Source: an archaeon (GTDB taxonomy: Archaea > Nanobdellota > Nanobdellia > Woesearchaeales > GW2011-AR9). Taken from it: DNA of 64,000 nucleotides. This document shows positions 37,001-46,218 of this stretch, piece by piece. How positions within the stretch are numbered: the stretch's first letter is position 1; each line of letters starts with the position of its first letter. The stretch spans positions 20,457 to 84,456 of the forward strand of contig JABHSG010000003.1 of assembly GCA_018697095.1 (NCBI GenBank), read 5' to 3'. The position numbers and the translations under genes are program-made. The notes below the pieces were generated by a model. The model searched no databases. It saw nothing but the letters and a program-made list of their open reading frames with translations, and had not been told where the DNA came from.

Positions 37001-39493
37001 GTATTCTGCAACATAATCTTCTACTTGGAATTCTACGTTATATTCAACAGTCATCACGGTCTCGCCATTTGCTATTGGTTCTGAGTTAAAACACCCATAC
37101 TCTGTATCTAAACTTTTTCCAGAATAATATTCATTAGCTGCATTTCCGCAACAACTAGCACTTCGATACTCGACTTCGCCATATCCTTCATAATCTCCAA
37201 GCCAAGCTTCACTACCATAACGGCTAATACAAATAGATTCTCCGTCGACATCTGTTTCTGAATCACTCACATCTAAATTTGTAAGCCAATTATTTGCAAG
37301 AACAGTATCGTCAACACCACTACAAATGTACGGGTCTTCTCCACTCTTACTCAAGTATACATTAGCAACTTCAATCTCACTACTAGCTTGCAAAGGAGTG
37401 AACGCTAACTGTGATACATCAAGCCAGTTTCCAATTGGTACTTTTACATGAATAAACCCGCCTGGTTCAATTCCACCTTCAAGTAGTGGTGCATTAACAG
37501 CATACCCAAGTACATATTGATCAAAATAAATTACTTGTTCTTCTGTCGTTATATCAATTGGAAGACCTTGTATAAGCAATTTAATATTTTCAGGAATTAT
37601 TATTCCTTCATTTGTATACCTAACAAAAAATTCTAAATAATCATAATCTGTAAAATCAAGTGTTTGATCAAAGTTTGCAATACTGTAAAGTTCTTGATAA
37701 CTTTCAGTATATGATCCTGCTGAAGTCAAGTCAACTTTCCATAAGTTTTCACTAACCATTACAATTGGAAGTGCTACAGCCCCATCTCCAATCTCACGAA
37801 GTTTAGTAGAACTTGGATTATATACTATTCCAGATTCACTTTCAGTACTAGAACTGTCCAAAACACATTCGGCCCAAGCATAATGGTCTCCTTCTTTTGT
37901 ACAATAAAGTCTATTAGCTCCAAGTATCCATGGGTTTAACTCAGCGTCAATTGAATTGTGTGGTCCAACGTGTTCGTCAGCACTACACTCGAGCCAACCT
38001 TGTTGTCCTCCTTCTGACACAATATCATAAGCTTCTTCTCCAAAACTTCTAATTGTAAAAATTTTTAGTTGATTGCTTGCTTCAGAAATCCAACACCACT
38101 TACTTCCACTAGCACAACTTTCCGGCGCATCAACTACTTGTGGAACTAAGTCTATATCTGTACTCAAGCAAGCATACTCTTGATCTCCACCGTCCCACTC
38201 GCGAATATCTCCTAAATATCCCCCTTCACTAGTTTGATCAAAAAGGCCAGCTCCACAACAAAAACCTGGTTCTATATCAATATCATCAAGACTTAATGAA
38301 TCATCACATTCTGTTTCGTTTCCTTCACAAGCATCGCCTTGTAAACTTAAATAATCGCAACTGTTATCTCGCCATAAACAATGACTCTCGCATGCTGTTG
38401 GGTTTTCATGGCAGCTATCTGGCTGTTCAGGAATCCTATCTTCATAATCTCTATCTGGATAAAGTTCATCATAAACATTACTAAACCTATCATACAAATT
38501 AGATTCCAAACATATATTAGAAACGCCATCGCCACAAATTTCTACTGGGTTATCATCTCCAAGACCATTAAATGGGGTTAAATCACTTTGCACTCGCGCA
38601 TCGTTATCATCACAATCCCAATCTCCTTGACTAAATGGTCCACTTCCAGGAGCGCCATCACCATCTTCATCATAATGGTTTAAAATATATTCAAAGTCTC
38701 GCCACTTTTTCCCATCACACAAAAAAACCTCGTATGTTGCAATGCCACCTTCTTCTGTTGAAGGAATCTTTTGAGTTACAATTAAGTGGTCAGGGTTATG
38801 ATCTGCGTCAAACAGATCCCAATAGTTACCGTATGCATGCCCAGTTTCGCTAACTAAGTTTAATCCATCTTTTCCTCCACACACAAGCATTGCTGGAATA
38901 TTGTTTATTCCACCTTTCTCTCTTATTTGACTAACATCTGTACTATCAATTCCATAATAATTTCTTCTAGGTGCTAAAAATGCACTAACGTCAAACTTAA
39001 GTTTATCAACACAATTTCCACTTGCTCCTCCTCCTTCCCAATCATTTACATCATCATAAAAACCATCACCTGCATTACACTCATTACGATCTTCGTCTTG
39101 GCATTCTATTATCCCATCACCATACAACTCATCTGATGCTATTGCTGCTATTTCTATTGCATCATTATCTGAAATTGCCCAGTTAAAGGATGCTTCATAC
39201 AAATACAAAAAAGTGTTAGCTGTCATTTGATCAAAATATCTACTACTTGCTGGTTCTCCATTCGCTTTTCGAAGACACACTGGTGAATCACTAATGTCGC
39301 CACTTTCAACTCCCACGCATAAAACCCGTTGATCTGAAGCAATCCAAGAATTTTGTGTATTCTGACCATTAAGGCAATCATCAAAAATAGTTGCTTTACT
39401 AGTACAAGAACTCAAAAATAAAATACTAATTAGTAAAAGGGCAAAAGCTACTCGCAGTTTAATAGAGAAGACTTTCTTCTCACCAATCACCAT
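34022..39493 (-). CDS. giant Cys-rich surface lipoprotein (1823 aa)
   Basis: It has a lipobox ILFLSSC/T. DEDGDGAPGSGPFSQGDWDCDDNDARV...ICGDGVSNIC is a MopE-like DCDD metal-binding motif. The protein is very acidic and Cys-rich. It has its own promoter at 39517. Confidence 0.6.
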   Translation of the reverse strand: MVIGEKKVFSIKLRVAFALLLISILFLSSCTSKATIFDDCLNGQNTQNSWIASDQRVLCVGVESGDISDSPVCLRKANGEPASSRYFDQMTANTFLYLYEASFNWAISDNDAIEIAAIASDELYGDGIIECQDEDRNECNAGDGFYDDVNDWEGGGASGNCVDKLKFDVSAFLAPRRNYYGIDSTDVSQIREKGGINNIPAMLVCGGKDGLNLVSETGHAYGNYWDLFDADHNPDHLIVTQKIPSTEEGGIATYEVFLCDGKKWRDFEYILNHYDEDGDGAPGSGPFSQGDWDCDDNDARVQSDLTPFNGLGDDNPVEICGDGVSNICLESNLYDRFSNVYDELYPDRDYEDRIPEQPDSCHENPTACESHCLWRDNSCDYLSLQGDACEGNETECDDSLSLDDIDIEPGFCCGAGLFDQTSEGGYLGDIREWDGGDQEYACLSTDIDLVPQVVDAPESCASGSKWCWISEASNQLKIFTIRSFGEEAYDIVSEGGQQGWLECSADEHVGPHNSIDAELNPWILGANRLYCTKEGDHYAWAECVLDSSSTESESGIVYNPSSTKLREIGDGAVALPIVMVSENLWKVDLTSAGSYTESYQELYSIANFDQTLDFTDYDYLEFFVRYTNEGIIIPENIKLLIQGLPIDITTEEQVIYFDQYVLGYAVNAPLLEGGIEPGGFIHVKVPIGNWLDVSQLAFTPLQASSEIEVANVYLSKSGEDPYICSGVDDTVLANNWLTNLDVSDSETDVDGESICISRYGSEAWLGDYEGYGEVEYRSASCCGNAANEYYSGKSLDTEYGCFNSEPIANGETVMTVEYNVEFQVEDYVAEYQDRTINWVSSASGSVLLENFKWICDYSTSDFCDLNPGECAEDCPDRDDELDCKTTRNSDRMCDEEYDNRIAETGSSSRDPGCKTNGGDLPTFEVFCSEGSEDYREYLGPVDELTLTVGQIGYHEEEYYIGPDDSKSGEDYISYDDSPAFLGKHILSRSEVLSPDGGEYSLELSFESGNSDEVELFYFTPHDQRDRGTTFEFDWDDDFPEDFEVWIMGTVEEVTISVFENETNSDYSYPCIESECTFALPGLPPYKITNKHLDLYEMYYVAEIDGVEQEILVTNDASQNFDEIGAVSVREISQQVLYEYDAEVENGGFYGCNAVDYLEALALEDGSVVLSENYGYCSVQGNFYCSYSDSNFLVSSWSDEGISQVGYAEIEEYTAETEFELKDASYSATQRNHSSSVVSGRNFISNMDFDSTEGADLIFWQLIDSSGNLIEDEYGELDYEIFEVDSGNILRSGRISLAQNEYYSYQDESECSSISLTLVDQNGTASGVSESEWSYFPSAGNSYLRIEVVGPCEYSYPYLQLVDDLGASEGYVGLSEEERDDLLEAGELHADGGYDQEYPVRSGAACCPENMCYNGYACVEEMSGNSYLAEDTGKESFYRCIEGDWNHLEPQYDWNNEEFGFCEQSEQCYVTSSLSEGASSEATLEDFYDGIYPTCVNDGEYLLDHYCDAGSWTSRTKFVASQLIEFAQSEDYVLYCSYFDDTFVDYDKNDYNYVNYLAGEVSAESSGTADLGTALGGSSSSSTSETTEVCFSALENSETGRRLVSQDENTCINAVCVLKYKSGDNYAAAFGASMNVDASEEQSFLIPLGIGVSDLDTFCDDGTGASGFISCSEEMWYASELGSLIYAKEGISISSSIIDRVTSWFSSLFGSTEAELSEDFLAQAQNFNRLYIASVGDYSVRGIQEIVSENETVSVEFDGFESPLCDFINNAPEEYIYEYQWPAEPKELVHCELSSDGVYRVLTATNTEFWWNELTANLRIEANN

Positions 39494-39516
39494 AGGCTTA
39501 AATTAGCTTAAAGAGT

Positions 39517-39528
39517 TATATAAACGTT
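39517..39528 (-). promoter_or_regulatory. BRE/TATA promoter (minus strand AACGTTTATATA)
   Basis: There are 23 nt between the TATA and the ATG at 39493, so the transcript is likely leaderless. An 8-1-8 palindrome aaaagaaa-c-tttctttt lies at 39549-39565, just upstream. Confidence 0.55.
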
Positions 39529-39650
39529 ACGACGAGAACAAACTTTCAAAAAGAAACTTTCTTTTGTTTTTTCAAAATAACCCTTGAGTTTAAATGATAA
39601 AATAATAATAATAATAAAATTTAATCTTAGTTCTTTGTTAAATGCACTCT

Positions 39651-40244
39651 TTATCTATCGCAATTAAACGTTATTGAATGTACTGCGTCATCAAAGTCTT
39701 CTTCTGTAACCATTTCAAGACTAACTGCGAACCCAGTCCCATATCCTGACCCAAATTCTTGTCCCCAAAGCCCAGGGCCAATTGCATAATCTGAATGCGC
39801 CATTAATTGAACTGCAACATCTGTGCAATCTATTTCTCCAAGTGGTTCTTCGTTAGCATCTTGAAGCTGGTATCCTGCACCTGCTTCACCCTCACTAAAA
39901 TATCCCCCATACCATTCACTAAGTTTGCTTAGGTCAAACCTTGCCTCAAATTTAGAAGCTCCGGTTGTAACTAGTTGCCCAACCCCTGTTTCTATATCGT
40001 GATACCCTAAACTCAAATCTAATGTTGAACAATCGTCTTGCACATATATTTGCGCGGCAGTTCCAATATCACTTAACCATACGTCACAAAATTCATCTGG
40101 ATTATACTGTTGTGTTGCTTCATCATATATTGCTCCAGCACGATCTTCTTCTTTTTTACAACCACTCCCAATCACTCCTACTACTACTAGAGCTAATAAA
40201 TTCCTTACTAAACTACTCTCTGAACTAAATTGTCTTTTATGCAT
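39651..40244 (-). CDS. acidic lipoprotein (197 aa)
   Basis: MHKRQF...LLALVVVGVIGSGC/KK is a lipobox. ATG 40244 is preferred over TTG 40286. Confidence 0.45.
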   Translation of the reverse strand: MHKRQFSSESSLVRNLLALVVVGVIGSGCKKEEDRAGAIYDEATQQYNPDEFCDVWLSDIGTAAQIYVQDDCSTLDLSLGYHDIETGVGQLVTTGASKFEARFDLSKLSEWYGGYFSEGEAGAGYQLQDANEEPLGEIDCTDVAVQLMAHSDYAIGPGLWGQEFGSGYGTGFAVSLEMVTEEDFDDAVHSITFNCDR

Positions 40245-40429
40245 TTTTATTCCCCACGTTAACCATTTATAATCCAAGCTCCACAAAATAAATCATCTGT
40301 TTCTATAAAAGTATTTCCAAAAGGTGCTAAAATGACACATTTTACCTAGGGTTTAGTGCTATTGGTTCACTTTACCAAAGATATCGCTACAAAAGATATC
40401 CTTTTATACGAAAACTTCTATTAAACTAC

Positions 40430-41266
40430 GTGAAAAAAATAAAATCTTTTGATGGTGTGAAAGTGGCATACAATTTTCACAAAGGAAAAAATGATCATGT
40501 CCTTGTGTTTTTACATGGAGTTGGTGGTAATTGGACTACTTGGAAAAAAGAAATTACTTATTTCAAAAAAAAAGGTTATTCTACCTTAGGAATTGATTTT
40601 CGAGGTCATGGTGAAAGTGACGCTCCAGATGAATTTGAAAAATATAAAACAGAATTTTTTGCAAAGGACTTAGGTGTTGTTCTTCAAAAAGAAAAAATAA
40701 ACAAATTTTCTCTAATTGGTCACAGTATTGGGGGAGGAGTCGCAATTTGCTACGAATCTTTTCATCCAGAACATGAACCTCAATCTATCATCTTAGTTGA
40801 ACCTTCTCCTGTTTATCCTTTCAAACATGATGATTTACTTCATGAAGGAAAGTTCCTAACAAAGCTAATCCGTTACATTGCATACAATACTCATATTAAA
40901 AACAAATATTTTCCTCATATGAAAGACTGTGACCTTTCAAATTATGAACACAACAAAATGGATCTTCTTCACCATTTAGTTCATGTAACTCCTATTCGTA
41001 GTCTTGTTTATACTTTAGACCAAGGTGAAACTTATATGAAAGAAAGTAAGAAAAAAATCGAAAACACTTTCAAAGAATTGAAATGCCCATTACTTGTTAT
41101 CTCTTCAGAAAATGATAAAATTACTCCTCCTTGCCTTGCGAAAAAAATTATCAAATGGGATAAACTCGCAAAATTTTATTTTGTAAAGAACGCAGACCAC
41201 GCTGTAATTGTTGAGAAACCTCAAGAAATCAGTAAAGCCATTAACGAATTTCTAGAAAATAATTAA
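40430..41266 (+). CDS. alpha/beta-fold hydrolase
   Basis: FLHGVGGN is the oxyanion HG, GHSIGG is the nucleophile elbow and the C-terminal ADHAV supplies the His. The start is GTG. Confidence 0.75.
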   Translation: MKKIKSFDGVKVAYNFHKGKNDHVLVFLHGVGGNWTTWKKEITYFKKKGYSTLGIDFRGHGESDAPDEFEKYKTEFFAKDLGVVLQKEKINKFSLIGHSIGGGVAICYESFHPEHEPQSIILVEPSPVYPFKHDDLLHEGKFLTKLIRYIAYNTHIKNKYFPHMKDCDLSNYEHNKMDLLHHLVHVTPIRSLVYTLDQGETYMKESKKKIENTFKELKCPLLVISSENDKITPPCLAKKIIKWDKLAKFYFVKNADHAVIVEKPQEISKAINEFLENN

Positions 41267-41499
41267 TCAAAGCTATAAGGTCCGGCCATTGCTGCACCAT
41301 AACCATTGTCTAAAGGTAGTTTTTGTTCTGTCTGACTCAATGGGACTCCTACATTCGGATCACAACCAAGTGGATATTCTATTTGAGATAAACCAGGAAG
41401 AAATGCCTCTCCAACTGTTTTACTAGCATAATCGCATCCGCTTGTTAAAGAAACAATTGCTGCAAAGCTTACTGCTTGTACTATATCTGATAATCTCAT
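41263..41499 (-). CDS. small lipoprotein (78 aa)
   Basis: AAIVSLTSGC/DYASK is a lipobox-like signal. Confidence 0.35.
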   Translation of the reverse strand: MRLSDIVQAVSFAAIVSLTSGCDYASKTVGEAFLPGLSQIEYPLGCDPNVGVPLSQTEQKLPLDNGYGAAMAGPYSFD

Positions 41500-41532
41500 A
41501 ACCTTCTCAAAAGAAACTTACTTTATAAATTC

Positions 41533-42294
41533 TCATGGGCGCTTTTTTGAACTATATTTCAGTGAATATACTAAGTAAGCACCAGCTGCCAAAAATCCCA
41601 GTAGAGATAACCCAAAAGCAAACTTAGTGAATGCAAGATATCCTAAGTTTGGTAAACTCAAAAAACTTCCAAAAGAAAATATCAAAATCAAATAAATTCC
41701 TAAAGAATATGTTCTTGCTTGAAGCCAAGATCCTTTTTGATAAAATTCAAAAGCAACAGGTACAAGTAAGATAGCAATGTGTTTGAAAATTGCGCCAGGA
41801 TACAAAAGTAAAACAAATCCGAGGTTCCAAATAGTATAAGCTATTATCCAATACCAATCAATTCCTAAAAATAATAAATCGTGTGTTTTCGAATCACTTA
41901 CTTCTCCTTTTGCCCTTTGCCACAACGTAATTATCAAAAAAATCCCTGCTATCGAATTTAGAATGAATGCCAATTTTAATGACATAAATGCAGCAAAGCA
42001 AGCTTCTAAGATGTTTATAGCAACTACTGCAACAAAAAGTTGACTAAGAAGTGTTTTCCTATATGATTGAGTAAACCGAATAAACATTATCAACAAAACA
42101 CCAGCAACTACTGAATATAGTTTAACCCAAGTAAAACTGTCATGAATACCTTTGTCCATCCAAACTGGCGCAAGAATTATTGGGAGTGCAAGAAAAACGA
42201 GCCAATCCCATTTCTCTGATCTTCTAAGAATTTCATAAAGTAAAGATAAACCAACAAAAAAAACCAAAAGATATAACCAGTAATACTCCATCAA
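41533..42294 (-). CDS. polytopic membrane protein, unknown function
   Basis: About 8 hydrophobic segments and no catalytic motif recognised. Confidence 0.5.
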   Translation of the reverse strand: MMEYYWLYLLVFFVGLSLLYEILRRSEKWDWLVFLALPIILAPVWMDKGIHDSFTWVKLYSVVAGVLLIMFIRFTQSYRKTLLSQLFVAVVAINILEACFAAFMSLKLAFILNSIAGIFLIITLWQRAKGEVSDSKTHDLLFLGIDWYWIIAYTIWNLGFVLLLYPGAIFKHIAILLVPVAFEFYQKGSWLQARTYSLGIYLILIFSFGSFLSLPNLGYLAFTKFAFGLSLLGFLAAGAYLVYSLKYSSKKRP

Positions 42295-42338
42295 ACATAT
42301 TACTCAAACTCAAAATATAAATCTTTAGGCAAATGTGG

Positions 42339-43850
42339 CTAAGAATAATGGTTTTTTATACTTTTTTTCTGTGGAAATTTATCAAACGAATGTAAAATTA
42401 TTTTGGGTTCAGCTAATTTTCCAAATTTAATGTGTGTAGCTCTATATCCACCATTCACTTCTCTAAGTGTTTTTATTATCAATTTTGTAAAACTTGATAA
42501 AATTCTTGGGTTTGGTCTTTTACTCTTCTTTAATTGAAATTCAATAACTAATTGTTTATTATTTTTAGAAGTGTATCCTGAATGAAAGTGAAATTTTCCA
42601 GTAACGCTACTAGCAATTTCTTTATTTTGATAGATTGTATCTTTAATATTCTCTGGGTAGATGAAAAACCCATTATAGTTAACTGCGCCAGAACTTCTTC
42701 CAGTATAATAAAAAAAAGGCAATGGGACTTTAATTTCTTTATTAATTCCAAATTTAGACAAAATTTCTTTCATCTTAGAATAACTCAAAACTCCTCCCTG
42801 GTCTTTAATATTATATTTCATCACAGGTTCAGTTGTCTCTGGTAAAATTGTACTAAAAATTAATTCATTGTTTTTGTTAACACAAATATGGTTCGAGAGT
42901 GGGTATTGAAAAAGCATTGGTGTTTCTTCAACATCTCCAAAAAGTGCTTTATGTAATTCTTTATTTTCAAGAGATTTCCGGCGAATGAAAATAGAATCAG
43001 AACTTTCCATTCCTCCTACAAGTCCAATATCTGATGCGCCAAACCCAGAGATTATTTTAGCTCCCTTAACTTCTGTTTGCATATAATCTCTCCAAGATTC
43101 CGGAAAAGCTTCTGCTCCAGGGAAAAAATGAACACTAGATCTTTTGAAACTGAATTTTTTTGACTTCGCAAAATCTACTAATTCTTTCAAAAATGGAGGG
43201 TATCCACTGATAATAAATTGATCAAACTGGCTTTCTAAATCCAGTAAAGTTTGTAAAATTTCTTCTTTGTCTGGGCCAATATTTATTGAAGGGCAATTCC
43301 ATGAAGCATACTCCCCAAAATTTATCCCTGCTACCCAGCTACCTAAAATAAATCCATTTATCACGAGTGTTTTTTTAGAATAAATTTTAAAATTCATATC
43401 AAGGCCCATTCCCATAGTAGAATGTAAAAATAAATCTTGATTGTGAGATTTTAACCAGTAACTTTGTTTTCCTGAATGCCCAGAACTTTTAACAACTAAA
43501 CTAACTTTTTTCAAATCTCTTCCTTGAGTTAAATCTTCTAATTTTTTTGCTTTGTAAATGTAATTTTGTTTATTAGTTTCTGGAAAATGTTTAACAAACC
43601 CTTTTGTTGAAGAAATACTAGCAACATGCACATTTTTCGAAGAAATAAATTTTTTGAATTGTGGGACCTTTACAGCATTATTTTTAAGTGAATAAAGCAA
43701 AAATTTCTCTTGTAGTAAAGAAAACATTTCTGGGTCTTGTTTAGAAAAAAACTTTATGAATGACTTATGGTCTTTCATCTTCTTCAATAGTTGATTATAA
43801 ACTATTTTTGCAGGTAATACCCTAACCATCAGTGAATTGAAAAATGACAT
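42339..43850 (-). CDS. adenylate-forming enzyme, PaaK/F390-synthetase/CapK-like
   Basis: VVKSSGHSGKQSYW resembles the SSGTTGxP AMP-binding P-loop. The size and C-terminal lobe are consistent with this family. Confidence 0.4.
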   Translation of the reverse strand: MSFFNSLMVRVLPAKIVYNQLLKKMKDHKSFIKFFSKQDPEMFSLLQEKFLLYSLKNNAVKVPQFKKFISSKNVHVASISSTKGFVKHFPETNKQNYIYKAKKLEDLTQGRDLKKVSLVVKSSGHSGKQSYWLKSHNQDLFLHSTMGMGLDMNFKIYSKKTLVINGFILGSWVAGINFGEYASWNCPSINIGPDKEEILQTLLDLESQFDQFIISGYPPFLKELVDFAKSKKFSFKRSSVHFFPGAEAFPESWRDYMQTEVKGAKIISGFGASDIGLVGGMESSDSIFIRRKSLENKELHKALFGDVEETPMLFQYPLSNHICVNKNNELIFSTILPETTEPVMKYNIKDQGGVLSYSKMKEILSKFGINKEIKVPLPFFYYTGRSSGAVNYNGFFIYPENIKDTIYQNKEIASSVTGKFHFHSGYTSKNNKQLVIEFQLKKSKRPNPRILSSFTKLIIKTLREVNGGYRATHIKFGKLAEPKIILHSFDKFPQKKSIKNHYS

Positions 43851-43949
43851 AAGTAACTTGTAATAAAAAAAATATTAATAAACTATGTTGTCATCGTCAA
43901 AGAGTAAATGTTGCAAAACATATTTAAATAAACCCGTATTGTAACACGA

Positions 43950-46190
43950 ATGGTTCAATCTTTAGAAGATCATCTTGGCGGCGAAGGAGCTTTTGTTAAC
44001 TTAACTGTCGAGGCCATTTTAACTTCAGCTATAAAACATTCCGGTGTTGAAATATTAGATCACTTGACAAAAAATATCCCTGTCCCTCCTTCTCAAAAAA
44101 AAACTATCCCTAGAAAATTTGCTTCTGACGATGGAAGAGCATTTTTAGAACACACTATAAACGTAACAAATTATGTTGTAGACAACGGGTTAAACGGCCT
44201 ATCTCAAGCTGGAAGGCATCAAGTGTATACTAACCTCCGAGAAATTTATGGGGATCACTCTCCTGTAATTCTTCACAATGCTGTTAGTCTTATGCCAGAA
44301 AACCCATTGATCCAATTTCTTCTTGCAAGTTATAGGTTAAGAAAAGGTAATAAAAAAATCATTCCAGGTGAAGCTTTTGAACAAACAGTTGAACGCGCCG
44401 CAAACAAATTAAACAAGTTAATGCATACCACTCCTGATGGATATACTGATACTTCTCTTCGCTTTTCAACAAGATATCATGATCCTAATGATGCAATTGC
44501 TGATGGGAGTATCATAACGCTTGCAATTGCTATGAATACAGTTAAAAACATAGAGCCAAGAGCAAAAAAATTCGAAGTTACTTGTTACAAATCTCCATTC
44601 ACTAAAGATGAAGAACTAGCAAAACAAAGATTCTATGACTCAATTGGGATCACTTACGACATAAGCCATAGAATAGAAAGTTCTGATGGTTCTGAAAGTT
44701 ATGGGGTTGAATGGGATCTTAGTGAAACAAAACAAAAAAGTGAAAGTGTCATTAGAAGAGGCGCTGAATTCATTCCAAATTTTCTTAGTGTTGGGTATCA
44801 ATTACTCAGAGCTAAAAGACTAAAAGCAGGAAAACCACCATTTCCTTGGGAAAGGGCATCTAATTTTCTTAGTAATTGTATCGGGCAAAGCCTCTACAAA
44901 ATCGGGCAAACTGCTGAATTTTTTCTTGGGCATGATCCTGCTGCTCTTGCAGCAGATAAAAGAGCAGGAAAGGTTTGGGATGCTGCTAAAACATCTAAAG
45001 AAGAAGCACTTGAAGGTCGGCTAGAGGCAGCTGATGCTAGAACTGCAGAAGCAAAAGCTGAAACTAGAGCAGTAAGAGCAGAAGCAGAAGTTGGAAAATT
45101 AAAACAAGAAGCTGAAGACGGTGAAAAAAGGGCTAGGTTAATTACTTCGGTAAGAGAAATTCAACAAAGACATGCAAGACATGGAATTAATAATGTTATT
45201 GGGTCTATCGGAACTAATGCTAGAGAAGACGCGCTCTTAGTTGCATGTACTTCTTTATTTGCAGGAACTAATTCAAAAAATGAACTTGATTCTGCTTATG
45301 CAAATGCTATGTGTGATTATCTTGGGATAAGACCTATCCACAGAAGAGATCCAAAAAGAATTTTACGTGGAGTGACAAGGTTCACAAGAGGTGGTTCTTT
45401 TGAAGACCAATTAACAAAAATTCTCTCTGAACATTCCCGTTTGGTTGCAAACATTAACCTCGGTGATAATCCACTCACTAAAACTTGGGACTCTATTCAA
45501 AGATATGAAAATGGGACTGCACCTGCAATCACCACAATTGGAGAAGAGATTAGAAGAATTGGGGTTGATGTCGAAGAACTTACAAAACGTGGCGCAAATG
45601 ACATCAGGGCTTTAGTTACAAATGCTATGACTCTTACAAATACAAAAGCAGTCTCTGAAGGGAGAGATGAATTAAAATATGAATTTAGTGCCTTATCAAC
45701 ACCAGAAGATTGGATGTTAGAGTGTCTTGCAGATACATTATTAGGGTCTATAAGGGATCTTGGTTACAATATGATTGCTGCTGGTGGTTCAGAAGCATTA
45801 ATTCAGTTTGGAAGTTTTTCTGATTTAGATGCTAATGTTTATTCTGGCAGGTTAGCTGCATTACAACAGTATAATGGACATTCACCTTCAAAAATTCTGT
45901 TACTAACAGACAATGCTGATGGCCTGCCTAAAAAACTTGTAGAATTAAAAAAGATGGGTGTTTACATTGATGGTCTACCAGAAGAACTCCAAATGAGAGA
46001 TTATTTTAATTTGATACTAAGTGATTCTCGTCTAATTGAACCAGAGAAAACAAAAGCCGAAGGGAAGGGGACTGGAATTTGGACTTTAAGAAATGTTGCT
46101 GGTGCTAACAATGGGCTTGCCCAATATCTTGGTAAAGATTTATTTGGTTACTCTGGAGAAACAGTTGGGTTATTCTTCTGGGACAATTAA
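43950..46190 (+). CDS. large soluble orphan protein (746 aa), C-terminal half possibly histidine-kinase/GHKL-like
   Basis: A coiled coil (EALEGRLEAADARTAEAKAETRAVRAEAE...) leads into RHARHGINNVIGSI (H-box-like?). Further on are LLLTDNADGLPKKL (G1-like?) and GKGTGIWTLRNVAG...GETVGLFFW (G2-like?). Confidence 0.3.
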   Translation: MVQSLEDHLGGEGAFVNLTVEAILTSAIKHSGVEILDHLTKNIPVPPSQKKTIPRKFASDDGRAFLEHTINVTNYVVDNGLNGLSQAGRHQVYTNLREIYGDHSPVILHNAVSLMPENPLIQFLLASYRLRKGNKKIIPGEAFEQTVERAANKLNKLMHTTPDGYTDTSLRFSTRYHDPNDAIADGSIITLAIAMNTVKNIEPRAKKFEVTCYKSPFTKDEELAKQRFYDSIGITYDISHRIESSDGSESYGVEWDLSETKQKSESVIRRGAEFIPNFLSVGYQLLRAKRLKAGKPPFPWERASNFLSNCIGQSLYKIGQTAEFFLGHDPAALAADKRAGKVWDAAKTSKEEALEGRLEAADARTAEAKAETRAVRAEAEVGKLKQEAEDGEKRARLITSVREIQQRHARHGINNVIGSIGTNAREDALLVACTSLFAGTNSKNELDSAYANAMCDYLGIRPIHRRDPKRILRGVTRFTRGGSFEDQLTKILSEHSRLVANINLGDNPLTKTWDSIQRYENGTAPAITTIGEEIRRIGVDVEELTKRGANDIRALVTNAMTLTNTKAVSEGRDELKYEFSALSTPEDWMLECLADTLLGSIRDLGYNMIAAGGSEALIQFGSFSDLDANVYSGRLAALQQYNGHSPSKILLLTDNADGLPKKLVELKKMGVYIDGLPEELQMRDYFNLILSDSRLIEPEKTKAEGKGTGIWTLRNVAGANNGLAQYLGKDLFGYSGETVGLFFWDN

Positions 46191-46218
46191 AAATATAAAA
46201 TAAATTAAAAAATAAAAA

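Noticed and set aside
11326-40286. The surface locus considered as a mobile element, genomic island or halophile-type acidic proteome
   Set aside because: I recognised no integrase, transposase, tRNA target or flanking direct repeats. Acidity is confined to exported proteins, while cytoplasmic proteins in the same window are Lys-rich. This is a compartment bias, not a salt-in adaptation.
40376-40405. Direct repeat aaagatatc-N6-aaagatatc upstream of the hydrolase gene as a regulator site
   Set aside because: The repeat is short and AT-rich with a single occurrence, so chance is a sufficient explanation without comparative data.
41533-42294. Polytopic membrane protein considered as the missing prepilin peptidase for the locus
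   Set aside because: It has no pair of conserved Asp residues and no GxGD-type motif characteristic of A24/FlaK/PibD peptidases.
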